NCBI GenBank assembly: GCA_040900375.1
Contig: JBBDZC010000003.1
Location: 130,586-191,595, forward strand
Length of the DNA stretch: 61,010 bases
Direction of reading: 5' to 3'
Origin: Candidatus Anderseniibacteriota bacterium
GTDB taxonomy: Bacteria > Patescibacteriota > Andersenbacteria > UBA10190
Positions 8,034 through 16,909 of the stretch are shown here, in pieces (positions within the stretch are counted from its first letter, which is position 1; every line of letters starts with the position of its first letter). The position numbers were made by a program, and so were the translations under genes. The notes beneath the pieces were generated by a model that saw nothing but the letters and a program-made list of their open reading frames with translations, was not told the origin of the DNA and ran no database searches.

Positions 8034-11015
8034 TTACGGTCGGGCCATGACTGCACCAATAACCAGGTCCTGGCGCAACGCGCCGCGGTAGGTCAGACTA
8101 CGAGCATCAGTGAGGGTAATACCATCCGCCGGCACTGTGTGGACAATCTCCACTGCTTCCGGCAGGTGTAATTCTGCCCGGATAGTAGAGCGGGTATCAC
8201 CCGGCTGCTTGGCAATGTACATTTGGTAGGTGGCCGCCGCCTTTAACATTCCTGGAAGCTCGGCGTGGCCGGGAATCCGATAACGGTATAAACCAACAGT
8301 CGTTGCTCCCGGCTTAGCAATGATCCAGTTAGCAAACGTCGTATAGCCTACTTCTTGACCAATCGTTGTCCCATCTGCGGCTTGGGTTTGCACTTGCTGC
8401 CACTGCGTAACTTCTGCATCGGGTGTTAGAACTATTTCTCCTATGTCAACCAGCCGCGGTACATCGGCGGGCGAGGAAAAACCGTGTGCTTCGAGTAAGA
8501 TCGCTCCCTGCGGAACCATCACACGTTGATAGACAATGTTATCTTTATATGCCGGATTCTCGCCGGCAGGATATTCATAATCGAGAGCTTCCTCGGGACC
8601 CCGATGAGTGCGGCGAATGGTAAGCACGACTTCGACATCACCCGACGGATGCACCTGCGTTCGGTAATCAATTTCCTGGTCAATAAATTGATCACTCTTA
8701 TGACCGCCAATATTGGCTGTATTGACACCTAAAAATCCTTGAGCGCCCGCGGGAAATGAGCCATCCCAGCCTGCCTGCGTAATCCGTTGCTGCAATTCTG
8801 GATCACGGAAATAAATAAGTAAATGTTTCTCACGAATCATCTTTCCTAGTGCACCGAGCACCCGTAAACTATCCGGGGCAGGCGCAGTAAACAATCGCTG
8901 CAGCAACATCGGAGTCAAATCAGCTAAAAATTGCTTGGGACGATTCTCCGCCCGATCGTACGAGTAGGTAACCTGATCCTGCGTTAACACCACAAAGTTA
9001 TCGGCATCAATTGTTGTCTCGTAACCCGGCACGGTGACGGGCCCCGTAATCTTAAGTAGTTCTTTGATAACCTCGGGCGTGATCGCAATCACCCCGTCAA
9101 CTGTGGGCCCACCTTCCTTTTCGAAAAAACCGGCTATCTTTTGGGCGCTAAGCTTGTAATCAATAAACCAATTGGCATCGCGCATAAACCAACGGGGAGT
9201 AATTGCCAGCAGTGGGCTAGGGGGAGCAATAAAATCCTGTAACTGGCCATCGGGATCATAGACACTCTGCACATCAATATCCTCCACTACCCCGCGATCA
9301 ACATTGAGCAGGGCAATGCTCCCAATAAATCCTCCGGTTGGGCGCAGCTCATGATTATTTTCAAAAAGCACTAAGTATTGGCGACTGCGCTGAGCGCCAA
9401 GTACGCTAAGCATGACTTGGCTTTGCTCTAAAAAAGCCGCAAGGGTGTGGTGCACTTTGGGAACAACCACCGTAAGTTGCTCTACCGGCATAGCCATGTC
9501 AGCCGGTAAAACAGTCGTGTCCACTTTCTCTAGTGAGGTAGCTGCTTCAGCAAGCGACTCTTCCGCCAGCGAAAATTCTTCAATGGCGCGGGCTAAAGCA
9601 TCAACAATTGTGGGTGTATGTCCCCCTTCCGACGAGGCTAAAACATCAGCCGTCAATAGTGGCGCCATGCCGCGCGATACGTGCTTCCCCGCTTTCGTCA
9701 GCGCCTCACCCGCCACGAGAAGCTCTTCGCCTGACCGAACTCGGCCCGTGATATCAATCTGCCGCAGTAATATTCGCGACGTAGCTAGCGCCTGTGTTAA
9801 TTCTTGATGAGCTGTCCGCAGCAACGCTTCGGCCTCCCCAAACTCCTGCTCGCTTGTTGTAAAATCTGTCTCGGCTAAGGCGCTTTGCGCCGCGCCTAAA
9901 TGCTCATACGCCTGTTGCGCCTGGGCTGTCACCGAGCCTATAACAGCTAGCCCGCGAGCTGCTCCCTGCAAGTGACTGACTAAGCCGACCATCGCGCTTA
10001 AACCGACAAACAACAACAAGAGGTTAGCGCCGCGGCGCCAAATGTTCACATCACCCGCCTGAGCATAACTTTGTCTTAGACGATCCTGGGATTCAAACGA
10101 CTCGGACTCTGCGTAAATTTTTTTTTTACTCCCTCCGATACCGGATTGAGAAAGAGCTGCGGGTCGCCGCTTCCAGGGAAATATACTAAAGTGCAACGGC
10201 AGCGCAAAGCGCCGTTTCGGTTTCCTCACGGGCGCCAAGACCGCTTGGGCTTCTGTTAGAGAAACTTCGTGTGGTTTTTCCGCATCTCTCCGAGGCTTCT
10301 CTGGTGTCGGCCAGCGATAGGGCACATCACGAACATCATTTCCCAAGGCTATTCTCCGAGGTAACGCAGACGTAGAACTCTGGCGATGAGGAGCCGGTGA
10401 CAATAGTGGCCGGGAGGCACGAGAACTTGGGCGACCGGCTTCAGCCCGCCCCGGCGCATGCAACTCGGCACGAGCTACATGTCCCCTGGCCTCTAATCGG
10501 CGGGGGCCTGATCTTTGTGTTTGGGACAGGGGAGGAGACACTGCCCGAGAAGCTGCGCTTATACCGCCAGCTGCTGGGCGCAGTGTGGTACGCCCATAGT
10601 AAGGCGGAGCTGGCAGTTGGAGGTCCGGGCGCGAATGCATGTACACATCACCGGTGTGATGTTCTGCTCCCACGTTTTCCCCCGTGCCAGCGTATGACCC
10701 CGTATAACCAGGATGAGTATCAGGCAAGGTTGAATAAATTGGCCGCCGTTCAAAGCGAACAATTGCTTGCCGGGCGCGTTTGCGTCGTCGCTGTCGTGCC
10801 AGTTCTTGCCGAACAGGCCGGCGCAGACGAGCCGGTAGACGCCAATCAATTGTCACCACTGCTGGCCGCGCCAAATTTTTCTGCCCGCTGGCAGTTCGGG
10901 ATCGGCTCGTCTTTACCAGCGGGTTGGGGCGCGCCCGCGCTGCCCGTGGGGTGCGACGTGGCGGCGAACCAGCAACTCCTGTTGGACGAGATGTTGGGGG
11001 AACAACATCAAACAT
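8034..11015 (-). CDS. DUF4012-domain membrane-anchored protein with long disordered Arg/Pro-rich N-terminus
   Basis: YLVLFENNHELRPTGGFIGS, RDANWFIDY, VDGVIAITP, NIGGHKSD motifs recalled for DUF4012; TM helix near aa 330. Confidence 0.8.
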   Translation of the reverse strand: MFDVVPPTSRPTGVAGSPPRRTPRAARARPNPLVKTSRSRTASGQKNLARPAVVTIDWRLPARLRRPVRQELARQRRRKRARQAIVRFERRPIYSTLPDTHPGYTGSYAGTGENVGAEHHTGDVYMHSRPDLQLPAPPYYGRTTLRPAAGGISAASRAVSPPLSQTQRSGPRRLEARGHVARAELHAPGRAEAGRPSSRASRPLLSPAPHRQSSTSALPRRIALGNDVRDVPYRWPTPEKPRRDAEKPHEVSLTEAQAVLAPVRKPKRRFALPLHFSIFPWKRRPAALSQSGIGGSKKKIYAESESFESQDRLRQSYAQAGDVNIWRRGANLLLLFVGLSAMVGLVSHLQGAARGLAVIGSVTAQAQQAYEHLGAAQSALAETDFTTSEQEFGEAEALLRTAHQELTQALATSRILLRQIDITGRVRSGEELLVAGEALTKAGKHVSRGMAPLLTADVLASSEGGHTPTIVDALARAIEEFSLAEESLAEAATSLEKVDTTVLPADMAMPVEQLTVVVPKVHHTLAAFLEQSQVMLSVLGAQRSRQYLVLFENNHELRPTGGFIGSIALLNVDRGVVEDIDVQSVYDPDGQLQDFIAPPSPLLAITPRWFMRDANWFIDYKLSAQKIAGFFEKEGGPTVDGVIAITPEVIKELLKITGPVTVPGYETTIDADNFVVLTQDQVTYSYDRAENRPKQFLADLTPMLLQRLFTAPAPDSLRVLGALGKMIREKHLLIYFRDPELQQRITQAGWDGSFPAGAQGFLGVNTANIGGHKSDQFIDQEIDYRTQVHPSGDVEVVLTIRRTHRGPEEALDYEYPAGENPAYKDNIVYQRVMVPQGAILLEAHGFSSPADVPRLVDIGEIVLTPDAEVTQWQQVQTQAADGTTIGQEVGYTTFANWIIAKPGATTVGLYRYRIPGHAELPGMLKAAATYQMYIAKQPGDTRSTIRAELHLPEAVEIVHTVPADGITLTDARSLTYRGALRQDLVIGAVMARP

Positions 11016-11113
11016 AACTCCAGTTTACCTCCGATTCGCCCCGCTCGTCTATGAATCAGTTCTCTTAACTCAATGCACTCCGATGCCATGGGGCCCTTAG
11101 GTCCATGGACAAT

Positions 11114-12244
11114 TTACAAAACCGACATGCTCTGTTCATACAAAGTCAGATGCTCGGCGGCCGCCTTGGTCCAAGAGAATTGCCGCACACGGGCGTGCCC
11201 CGCCGCAATCAATTGGTTGCGCAGTAAAGAATCGCGCAAAACTGCCGCAATACCCTGGGCAATGTCCGGCACGTATTCGGGGTTGACATAGTAGGCCGCT
11301 TTCGCCATCACTTCCGGTAAACTCGAAACATTAGAGGTAATCACTGGCACCCCGCAAGCAGCGGCCTCCAGCGGCGGTAAACCAAAACCTTCATAGAGAC
11401 TGGGAAAGATAAAGCATGTGGCTTCCGCGTAAAGCGCCGGCAAGAGAGCAGGTGGCACAAAACCTGTAAAAATAACATTGTGTTCAATTTTCAGCTTGCG
11501 AGTAGCATGCAAAATATTGCTGTATCCTGGCTTTGGCTTACCTGTCATCACCAAACGCAGATGCGGATGACGCTTAAGCGTCAAAGCAAAAGCTTCCAGC
11601 AACCGTAATAAATTTTTGTGGCTCATCCATACACCCACGTACAGTAAATAGGGGTCTGTCGTATCCAGCATGATACGCACCTTGTGCCGCAACGCGACGG
11701 TAACTGGTCGGTTAAACTGATCGTCAACTCCTTCTGGAATAATTTGCACGTCACGTGGCAGAGAGAGTGGTAGTTGACGCAAGTCATTCCGAGTCGTGGC
11801 CGACACGCAAATCAGACTCTGTGCACGCTCGAGCGCACGCTTAAATACCAACTCATATGCCACTTGCTGCCACAAATCCTGCCGCTTCTGACCGGGAAAG
11901 ATAAACCGCGTCACATCGTGAATAGTGACTACATAAGGTCGAGAAAAAAGCAGGGGCACGTTAAAATGAGTGAAATGAAACAAGTCAGCAGGAACCTGCC
12001 GGAGCTGCCACAGTAATTTTGTCTGTTCTTGCCAAGAATAGTACGACCCTTCAACAATGTGGCTTGAAAATTTATCCGACAGTGATTCCGCTTGAAAGGC
12101 AGTAAAGAACGGCCAGTCTTTTTCGTTAAGCAAGACTATAAACTGATGTGAACTTGGTTGCCGAGCTAAACCAAGCAGTAGATTACGGGTATAGCGGCCA
12201 ATCCCCGCCCACGAAAAGGCGCGGGCATCAATAGCAATCCTCAT
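11114..12244 (-). CDS. glycosyltransferase family 4 (GT-B)
   Basis: MRIAIDAR...GIGRY, FIFPSLYEGFGLPPLEA. Confidence 0.93.
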   Translation of the reverse strand: MRIAIDARAFSWAGIGRYTRNLLLGLARQPSSHQFIVLLNEKDWPFFTAFQAESLSDKFSSHIVEGSYYSWQEQTKLLWQLRQVPADLFHFTHFNVPLLFSRPYVVTIHDVTRFIFPGQKRQDLWQQVAYELVFKRALERAQSLICVSATTRNDLRQLPLSLPRDVQIIPEGVDDQFNRPVTVALRHKVRIMLDTTDPYLLYVGVWMSHKNLLRLLEAFALTLKRHPHLRLVMTGKPKPGYSNILHATRKLKIEHNVIFTGFVPPALLPALYAEATCFIFPSLYEGFGLPPLEAAACGVPVITSNVSSLPEVMAKAAYYVNPEYVPDIAQGIAAVLRDSLLRNQLIAAGHARVRQFSWTKAAAEHLTLYEQSMSVL

Positions 12245-12280
12245 ATGCCCTTAAGTGTAGGCAGAGAACGGTATCTCCAC

Positions 12281-12310
12281 AAAAAAGCCGGGGAGGATAA
12301 GTCCCCGGTT
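12281..12310 (-). terminator. intrinsic terminator of the arginase gene
   Basis: Minus strand AACCGGGGA-loop-TCCCCGGC-TTTTTT just after the stop at 12315. Confidence 0.75.
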
Positions 12311-12314
12311 AAGG

Positions 12315-13208
12315 CTAGTTACTTAGAGCAGTAACAGAAAAACTACGCTCCAGAATCGCCAAGAGTTGACGAGCACAGCTCTGAAAAGGATCGAGGCGGG
12401 GATTAAAGATAGTGATGTCCATGCCCACCACCGCCGTTGATTGCAACAGCTGCTGCATGATCGCCACTAGCCTACTGGGTGCCATACCACCTTCTTGGTG
12501 GTAATCCACAGCAAAGATTGTATCGGCGACATCCACATCGAAATGCAGCCAGATTTTCTCCACGGACTCCTGCCATTGGTGCAACATTCGGCGGACAAGC
12601 ACCTCCAAGCCCCGCTCAGTCTTGCGCTCAAGAAAAGCATTGTCATAAACTGTTATGCCTGTCGCCCGGATATCAGGACTGCCATCCTTGCTCGCTTCCA
12701 CTAAATCACGCGGACCAAAGACCGCCACATCCTCATCCCGAAAGTAAGAGCGCTGGTTCTCTATATTGGTGAGGATATCAGGACCCCGGCCTGTCACAAT
12801 CGCTAAGTCCATGTCCGCTACCTCGCCCAAAGGGGAGGATTCGGGTGAATAAAAATCAGCATGCCCATCCAAGAAACAAAGTCCGTACCGCCCCCGTCGC
12901 CGCAGCGCAAGTGCCGGGCCCAGCAGAATACTGCAGTCGCCCCCCACAACTAGGGGAAAGCTGCCACGATCAATCTCTGCCCCCACTTCATCTGCTAACT
13001 GTCGGGCATACTGCGCAATCGCTGGCGCATTCAGGACCCCAGTTTCTGGATCAGGGGTGAGTGAGTGACACGGGGGTTGTACAATACTGCCAAGCTGCGC
13101 CTTCAATCTCGACTCCAACCCATAGTAAGACAAGTACTGCGGCGCTTTCTCCACCCCGGCCGCTCGTAAACCTAAGTTAGACGGAGCCCGAATAACAACT
13201 ATGCCCAC
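12315..13208 (-). CDS. arginase/ureohydrolase family protein
   Basis: APSNLGL, GGDCS, DGHADF, HFDVDV metal-binding motifs; GTG start preceded by TAAGGAG. Confidence 0.88.
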   Translation of the reverse strand: MGIVVIRAPSNLGLRAAGVEKAPQYLSYYGLESRLKAQLGSIVQPPCHSLTPDPETGVLNAPAIAQYARQLADEVGAEIDRGSFPLVVGGDCSILLGPALALRRRGRYGLCFLDGHADFYSPESSPLGEVADMDLAIVTGRGPDILTNIENQRSYFRDEDVAVFGPRDLVEASKDGSPDIRATGITVYDNAFLERKTERGLEVLVRRMLHQWQESVEKIWLHFDVDVADTIFAVDYHQEGGMAPSRLVAIMQQLLQSTAVVGMDITIFNPRLDPFQSCARQLLAILERSFSVTALSN

Positions 13209-13333
13209 GGTCTACTCCTTATTAATGAGCCTCTTCTACAATTGCTAAAGAACTCGTTACAATTTAGATTACCTTTCCCGATTTTTAGTATACACTGCTG
13301 GCCTTAGTACGAGCGAACGAGCGCCAGCAAGCG

Positions 13334-14443
13334 CTAGCTGACCTGTTCAATAATGCGCAGAGTTTGGGCCGCCGCCTTGTCCCAAGAGTAATGTTCTTGA
13401 ATGGTCTGCCGGGTTACTGTATCAACTCGCCGCGGATTTATAAGTAATTCTTTCATCACCAGTGCTAGCTCGCCAGGATTATATGGATCAACCAAGGTCG
13501 CCCACTCCCCGACTATCTCCGGCAGTGAGGAATTATAAGAAGTAATAACGGGCGTGCCGGCCACAAGCGCCTCGAGCGGGGGAAAGCCAAAACCTTCGTA
13601 GAAACTTGGGTAAACAAATAAATCGGCCGCAGCATACAAAGAATTTTTATCTGCCTCCGCAATAAAACCGGGCATATGAATCCGCGCTTGGGCTGGAGAT
13701 TGCGCTACTGCCTTATCTAAGGCGTGGGTCAACCAACCACGTGCACCCGCGATAACTAAGTGGTGGGGAAAATATGTCGCCACTGCCGAGAAAGCAGTAA
13801 TAATACTGGTAATATTTTTCCGCGGTTCTAAAGTGCCAAAATACAAAATGAATTGAGGCGGTAAGTGATATTTTCGGCGAACATAGCCAATGGAGTTGCG
13901 GGCTCCGACCGGCAGTTCCTTCACCCCTGAATAAACCACCGAGACACGCTCTGGAGGAATCTGGTAGCGATCAATAACATCATCGGCCGAGGCTGCCGAA
14001 ACCGCGATAAGATGATCAGAATTTTGCATGAGCAAACGTGGCCGCATCAAGGTGTGCCACAGGCGCCGCCGCCAAGAAAAAAACTCGGGGAAATGTTCAA
14101 ATGATAAATCATGAACCGTTGTCACCAGCGGCATATCAATTGAGAGAGGCAACAAGCGCAAGCTAGGCACAAAGAAGCAGTCAGCGGTCAGGAGACTATC
14201 CCAGCGGGGGAATCCCAGTGCCCACTGGGACGCGTTAAAGAGCTTATTGGGATAGCGCAAGCCTACTATTTCCACTCCCTGTGGCAGCTTGAGCGGCTGG
14301 ACTGGACGCGCCGCATTATAGAACAAACGATAGACATGTTCTGGCGCGACGCGGGCAAAGGCCTGGATAAGCTGGCTTGTGTATTCCTGCACACCACTGT
14401 GTCGCCCTTCCATAAGTGAGCGAACATCTATGGCAATCTCCAT
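13334..14443 (-). CDS. glycosyltransferase family 4 (GT-B)
   Basis: GTLEPRKNI, FVYPSFYEGFGFPPLEA. Confidence 0.93.
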   Translation of the reverse strand: MEIAIDVRSLMEGRHSGVQEYTSQLIQAFARVAPEHVYRLFYNAARPVQPLKLPQGVEIVGLRYPNKLFNASQWALGFPRWDSLLTADCFFVPSLRLLPLSIDMPLVTTVHDLSFEHFPEFFSWRRRLWHTLMRPRLLMQNSDHLIAVSAASADDVIDRYQIPPERVSVVYSGVKELPVGARNSIGYVRRKYHLPPQFILYFGTLEPRKNITSIITAFSAVATYFPHHLVIAGARGWLTHALDKAVAQSPAQARIHMPGFIAEADKNSLYAAADLFVYPSFYEGFGFPPLEALVAGTPVITSYNSSLPEIVGEWATLVDPYNPGELALVMKELLINPRRVDTVTRQTIQEHYSWDKAAAQTLRIIEQVS

Positions 14444-14447
14444 AAAT

Positions 14448-15065
14448 CTAAGCCCCTGACCCCTTAAGGCTCTCCCAGAACAGCACCAGATTAAGCGCTA
14501 CCACAAAGACAAAAATAAAAGTGGCAATTACAATCACGTTAGTCGCCACCACCCGTTCTCCCACCCACGGCTCAGTCGCCACCGCGCGAAACTGTAGGGC
14601 CGGAATTCCTTCGGTATGATAGAGATCAATCTGACGCTGCATCACCGTGCGCAAACCCTCGGTAAGCCTACGCGCCGCTTCTGACTCGGTCTGTTTGATC
14701 GTTACTTCCACGAGCTGGGGAGCTGTTTTTTCTGCTGTCACAATCCGCACCAGTGTCCGTGGATCGCGTGTCGGTATGGACAGGCCAGCTGCCTCATGAG
14801 CCGCCACAATAATTTCTGGCGTCTGGGCCCACTGCGCCAGAGTACTCGCAAACAAATCGGTGGCTTGTAGAGCATAAAAACCGTCAAATTTATACTCCGT
14901 CGCTGCTTCACGCTCACTCAAGCTCACTAAATAAGAGTAATGGACTTGAAACTCTGTCGGCTGGGAGGTAGCCACACCGTATGCCACCGCCGCCACCAAA
15001 AAACTGAATAATAAAAGAAGTGGCAGGCGGGTAATTACCCTGCGCCCGTAAAGCGCCAAGGGCAC
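14448..15065 (-). CDS. Wzz/CapA-like polysaccharide chain-length determinant (putative)
   Basis: N- and C-terminal TM helices flanking a soluble loop, inside a polysaccharide locus; start placed at GTG 15065 just after the upstream stop. Confidence 0.55.
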   Translation of the reverse strand: MPLALYGRRVITRLPLLLLFSFLVAAVAYGVATSQPTEFQVHYSYLVSLSEREAATEYKFDGFYALQATDLFASTLAQWAQTPEIIVAAHEAAGLSIPTRDPRTLVRIVTAEKTAPQLVEVTIKQTESEAARRLTEGLRTVMQRQIDLYHTEGIPALQFRAVATEPWVGERVVATNVIVIATFIFVFVVALNLVLFWESLKGSGA

Positions 15066-15069
15066 CGAT

Positions 15070-16185
15070 CTAGACACGAGTGGTGTAATGTGATTTATAA
15101 GACATCCATTGATTGTGCACCGTTTCGGCAATTCGGCGCAAGAATAAAGAACGATCATAACTCTCGGCATGCACCCGAATCCGTTCTGGCTCCCAAGAAA
15201 TTTCTGCAAAATTTCTGATCGCTCCAATCAGGCTTGGGACACGCTGTTCCGGGAAGAAAATTCCCGTGTCCCCAGGCCGGATAGTTTCGCGGGCCCCACC
15301 CACCCCATAGGCAACAGTTGGCTTCCCGCTGGCGGCCGCTTCCAGGGGCGTAATGCCAAAATCTTCTTCTTGAGGAAACAATAGGGCCTTGGCTCCCTGA
15401 TAAAGGCGGGGCAAGTCGTGATCAGCCACAAAACCGACAAAGGTTGTCCAGCGGCCGGCTCGGCGCTTGAGAACTTCATACTCTGGGCCCGTGCCGGCAA
15501 TAAGCAGTGGCACGCCGAGCTGCTCACAGGCGTCAATCGCCAAGTCAATTCGTTTATAAGGAACTAGCCGAGACACAATGAGAAAATATCCATCATCCTT
15601 ATGGCTAACAGTAAAGAGCTTGGTGTCTACCGGGGGCGGTATAACTAAGGCTTCCCGCCGATAATATTTACGAATACGCTGGGCCACGTAGGCCGACAGC
15701 GTGAGATACGTATCAACCCGTTGCGAAGCAAAATAGTCCCACAGGCGGATGTAGGATAAGCCCAGTGGCGCAAAACGCTGGAAGAGGGCACTGCTAGAAA
15801 ATTCACGTACGTACCGGTGACAATCATCCCACACATATCTCGTCGGCGTGAAGCAGTACGAGAGATGCAAGGTATGGGGTCCAGTGATTACTCCTTTAGT
15901 AAAACTATGGGTGGCCGACAGGACCACGTCGTACTCATTGAAATCAAATTGCTCTACGGCCAAGGGCATTAGTAGTGGAAAGTAACGATGGTGTCGTCTG
16001 GCTCCCGGTAAGTTCTGCAGGAAAGATGTTCGCAGACGGCGCTCACCTTTAAAAGTGGGCATACGCTCCTCATCGTGAACCAACGTAAACACCGGCGCAT
16101 GAGGAAAAAGCTCCATGAGAGTAAGTAAGACACGCTCGGCTCCGCCGAACTGTGTTAGATAGTCATGGACAATCGCTACCCTCAT
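15070..16185 (-). CDS. glycosyltransferase family 4 (WbaZ-like mannosyltransferase)
   Basis: MRVAIVHDYLTQFGGAERVL, YCFTPTRY, EEDFGITPLEA. Confidence 0.92.
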   Translation of the reverse strand: MRVAIVHDYLTQFGGAERVLLTLMELFPHAPVFTLVHDEERMPTFKGERRLRTSFLQNLPGARRHHRYFPLLMPLAVEQFDFNEYDVVLSATHSFTKGVITGPHTLHLSYCFTPTRYVWDDCHRYVREFSSSALFQRFAPLGLSYIRLWDYFASQRVDTYLTLSAYVAQRIRKYYRREALVIPPPVDTKLFTVSHKDDGYFLIVSRLVPYKRIDLAIDACEQLGVPLLIAGTGPEYEVLKRRAGRWTTFVGFVADHDLPRLYQGAKALLFPQEEDFGITPLEAAASGKPTVAYGVGGARETIRPGDTGIFFPEQRVPSLIGAIRNFAEISWEPERIRVHAESYDRSLFLRRIAETVHNQWMSYKSHYTTRV

Positions 16186-16404
16186 GGGCGCCAATCTAAA
16201 GAACACCAGGAGCCACTCGCGCGCCAGGTGGTCTGCGACCAAACCCCAGAACATAGTTCTCCCCCTGTCATAATCCTAAGCATACTGCAAGACTCCCCTA
16301 AGAAAAAATCGCTCTTGTATTTTTATTCCTTTTTATGTATTTTCATCCCACACGCCAGGAGGAAACCTGGTAAAGATGTACCTTCTAGTTTAAGGAGTTG
16401 AAAA

Positions 16405-16839
16405 TTGGGCAAATCGATTTCGGCATCGCTCGTGGACGCAGCGTTACCAGAAAAGATCGTCCCGTTTCCTACAAGACTGCTTATCACCTTTCAGGGGGGA
16501 AGGGGAGCACTCACACTCGCGCCCGACGGCAACCAGTGTATAGTGCGATTAATTCTCCGCCACCGTAAGCACGTAATCACCGCCACGTTGCCACGAGCAG
16601 AAATTGTCGCTTTCTTCTCGTCCCGCACCTCACCTATCTCCCGGACTTTGCCAGGGTGTTGCTGGACTAAAGAAGACGACCTCCTCACTATTAAAAATGA
16701 GGAGGCTGGTTTCGTTCTTCGCGTGACCGAGCAGTTGGAACGGGACGTTGAGCAGTTCATCGCCGACCCGTTTTCTCTGTATCAGCAGCGGCTCCCTGGT
16801 CGCTTTCCGTCAGGAGAACTCATCACTAAGTTGCGCTAG
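16405..16839 (+). CDS. hypothetical protein (orphan, opposite strand to the locus)
   Basis: TTG start with AAGGAG 7 nt upstream; followed by a terminator. Confidence 0.6.
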   Translation: MGKSISASLVDAALPEKIVPFPTRLLITFQGGRGALTLAPDGNQCIVRLILRHRKHVITATLPRAEIVAFFSSRTSPISRTLPGCCWTKEDDLLTIKNEEAGFVLRVTEQLERDVEQFIADPFSLYQQRLPGRFPSGELITKLR

Positions 16840-16872
16840 CGACCATTCTGTTCGCCAACAACTCCACCCCGT

Positions 16873-16899
16873 AATCCCACTCCTAGCGGTGGGATTTTT
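16873..16899 (+). terminator. intrinsic terminator
   Basis: AATCCCAC-loop-GTGGGATT-TTT. Confidence 0.7.
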
Positions 16900-16909
16900 C
16901 ATCCTGGCG

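Noticed and set aside
10397-11017. 206-aa antisense ORF, and similar long shadow ORFs at 27267-27779, 42294-42911 and 54211-54822
   Set aside because: Antisense shadows of well-supported genes in moderately GC-rich DNA; no motifs or RBS.
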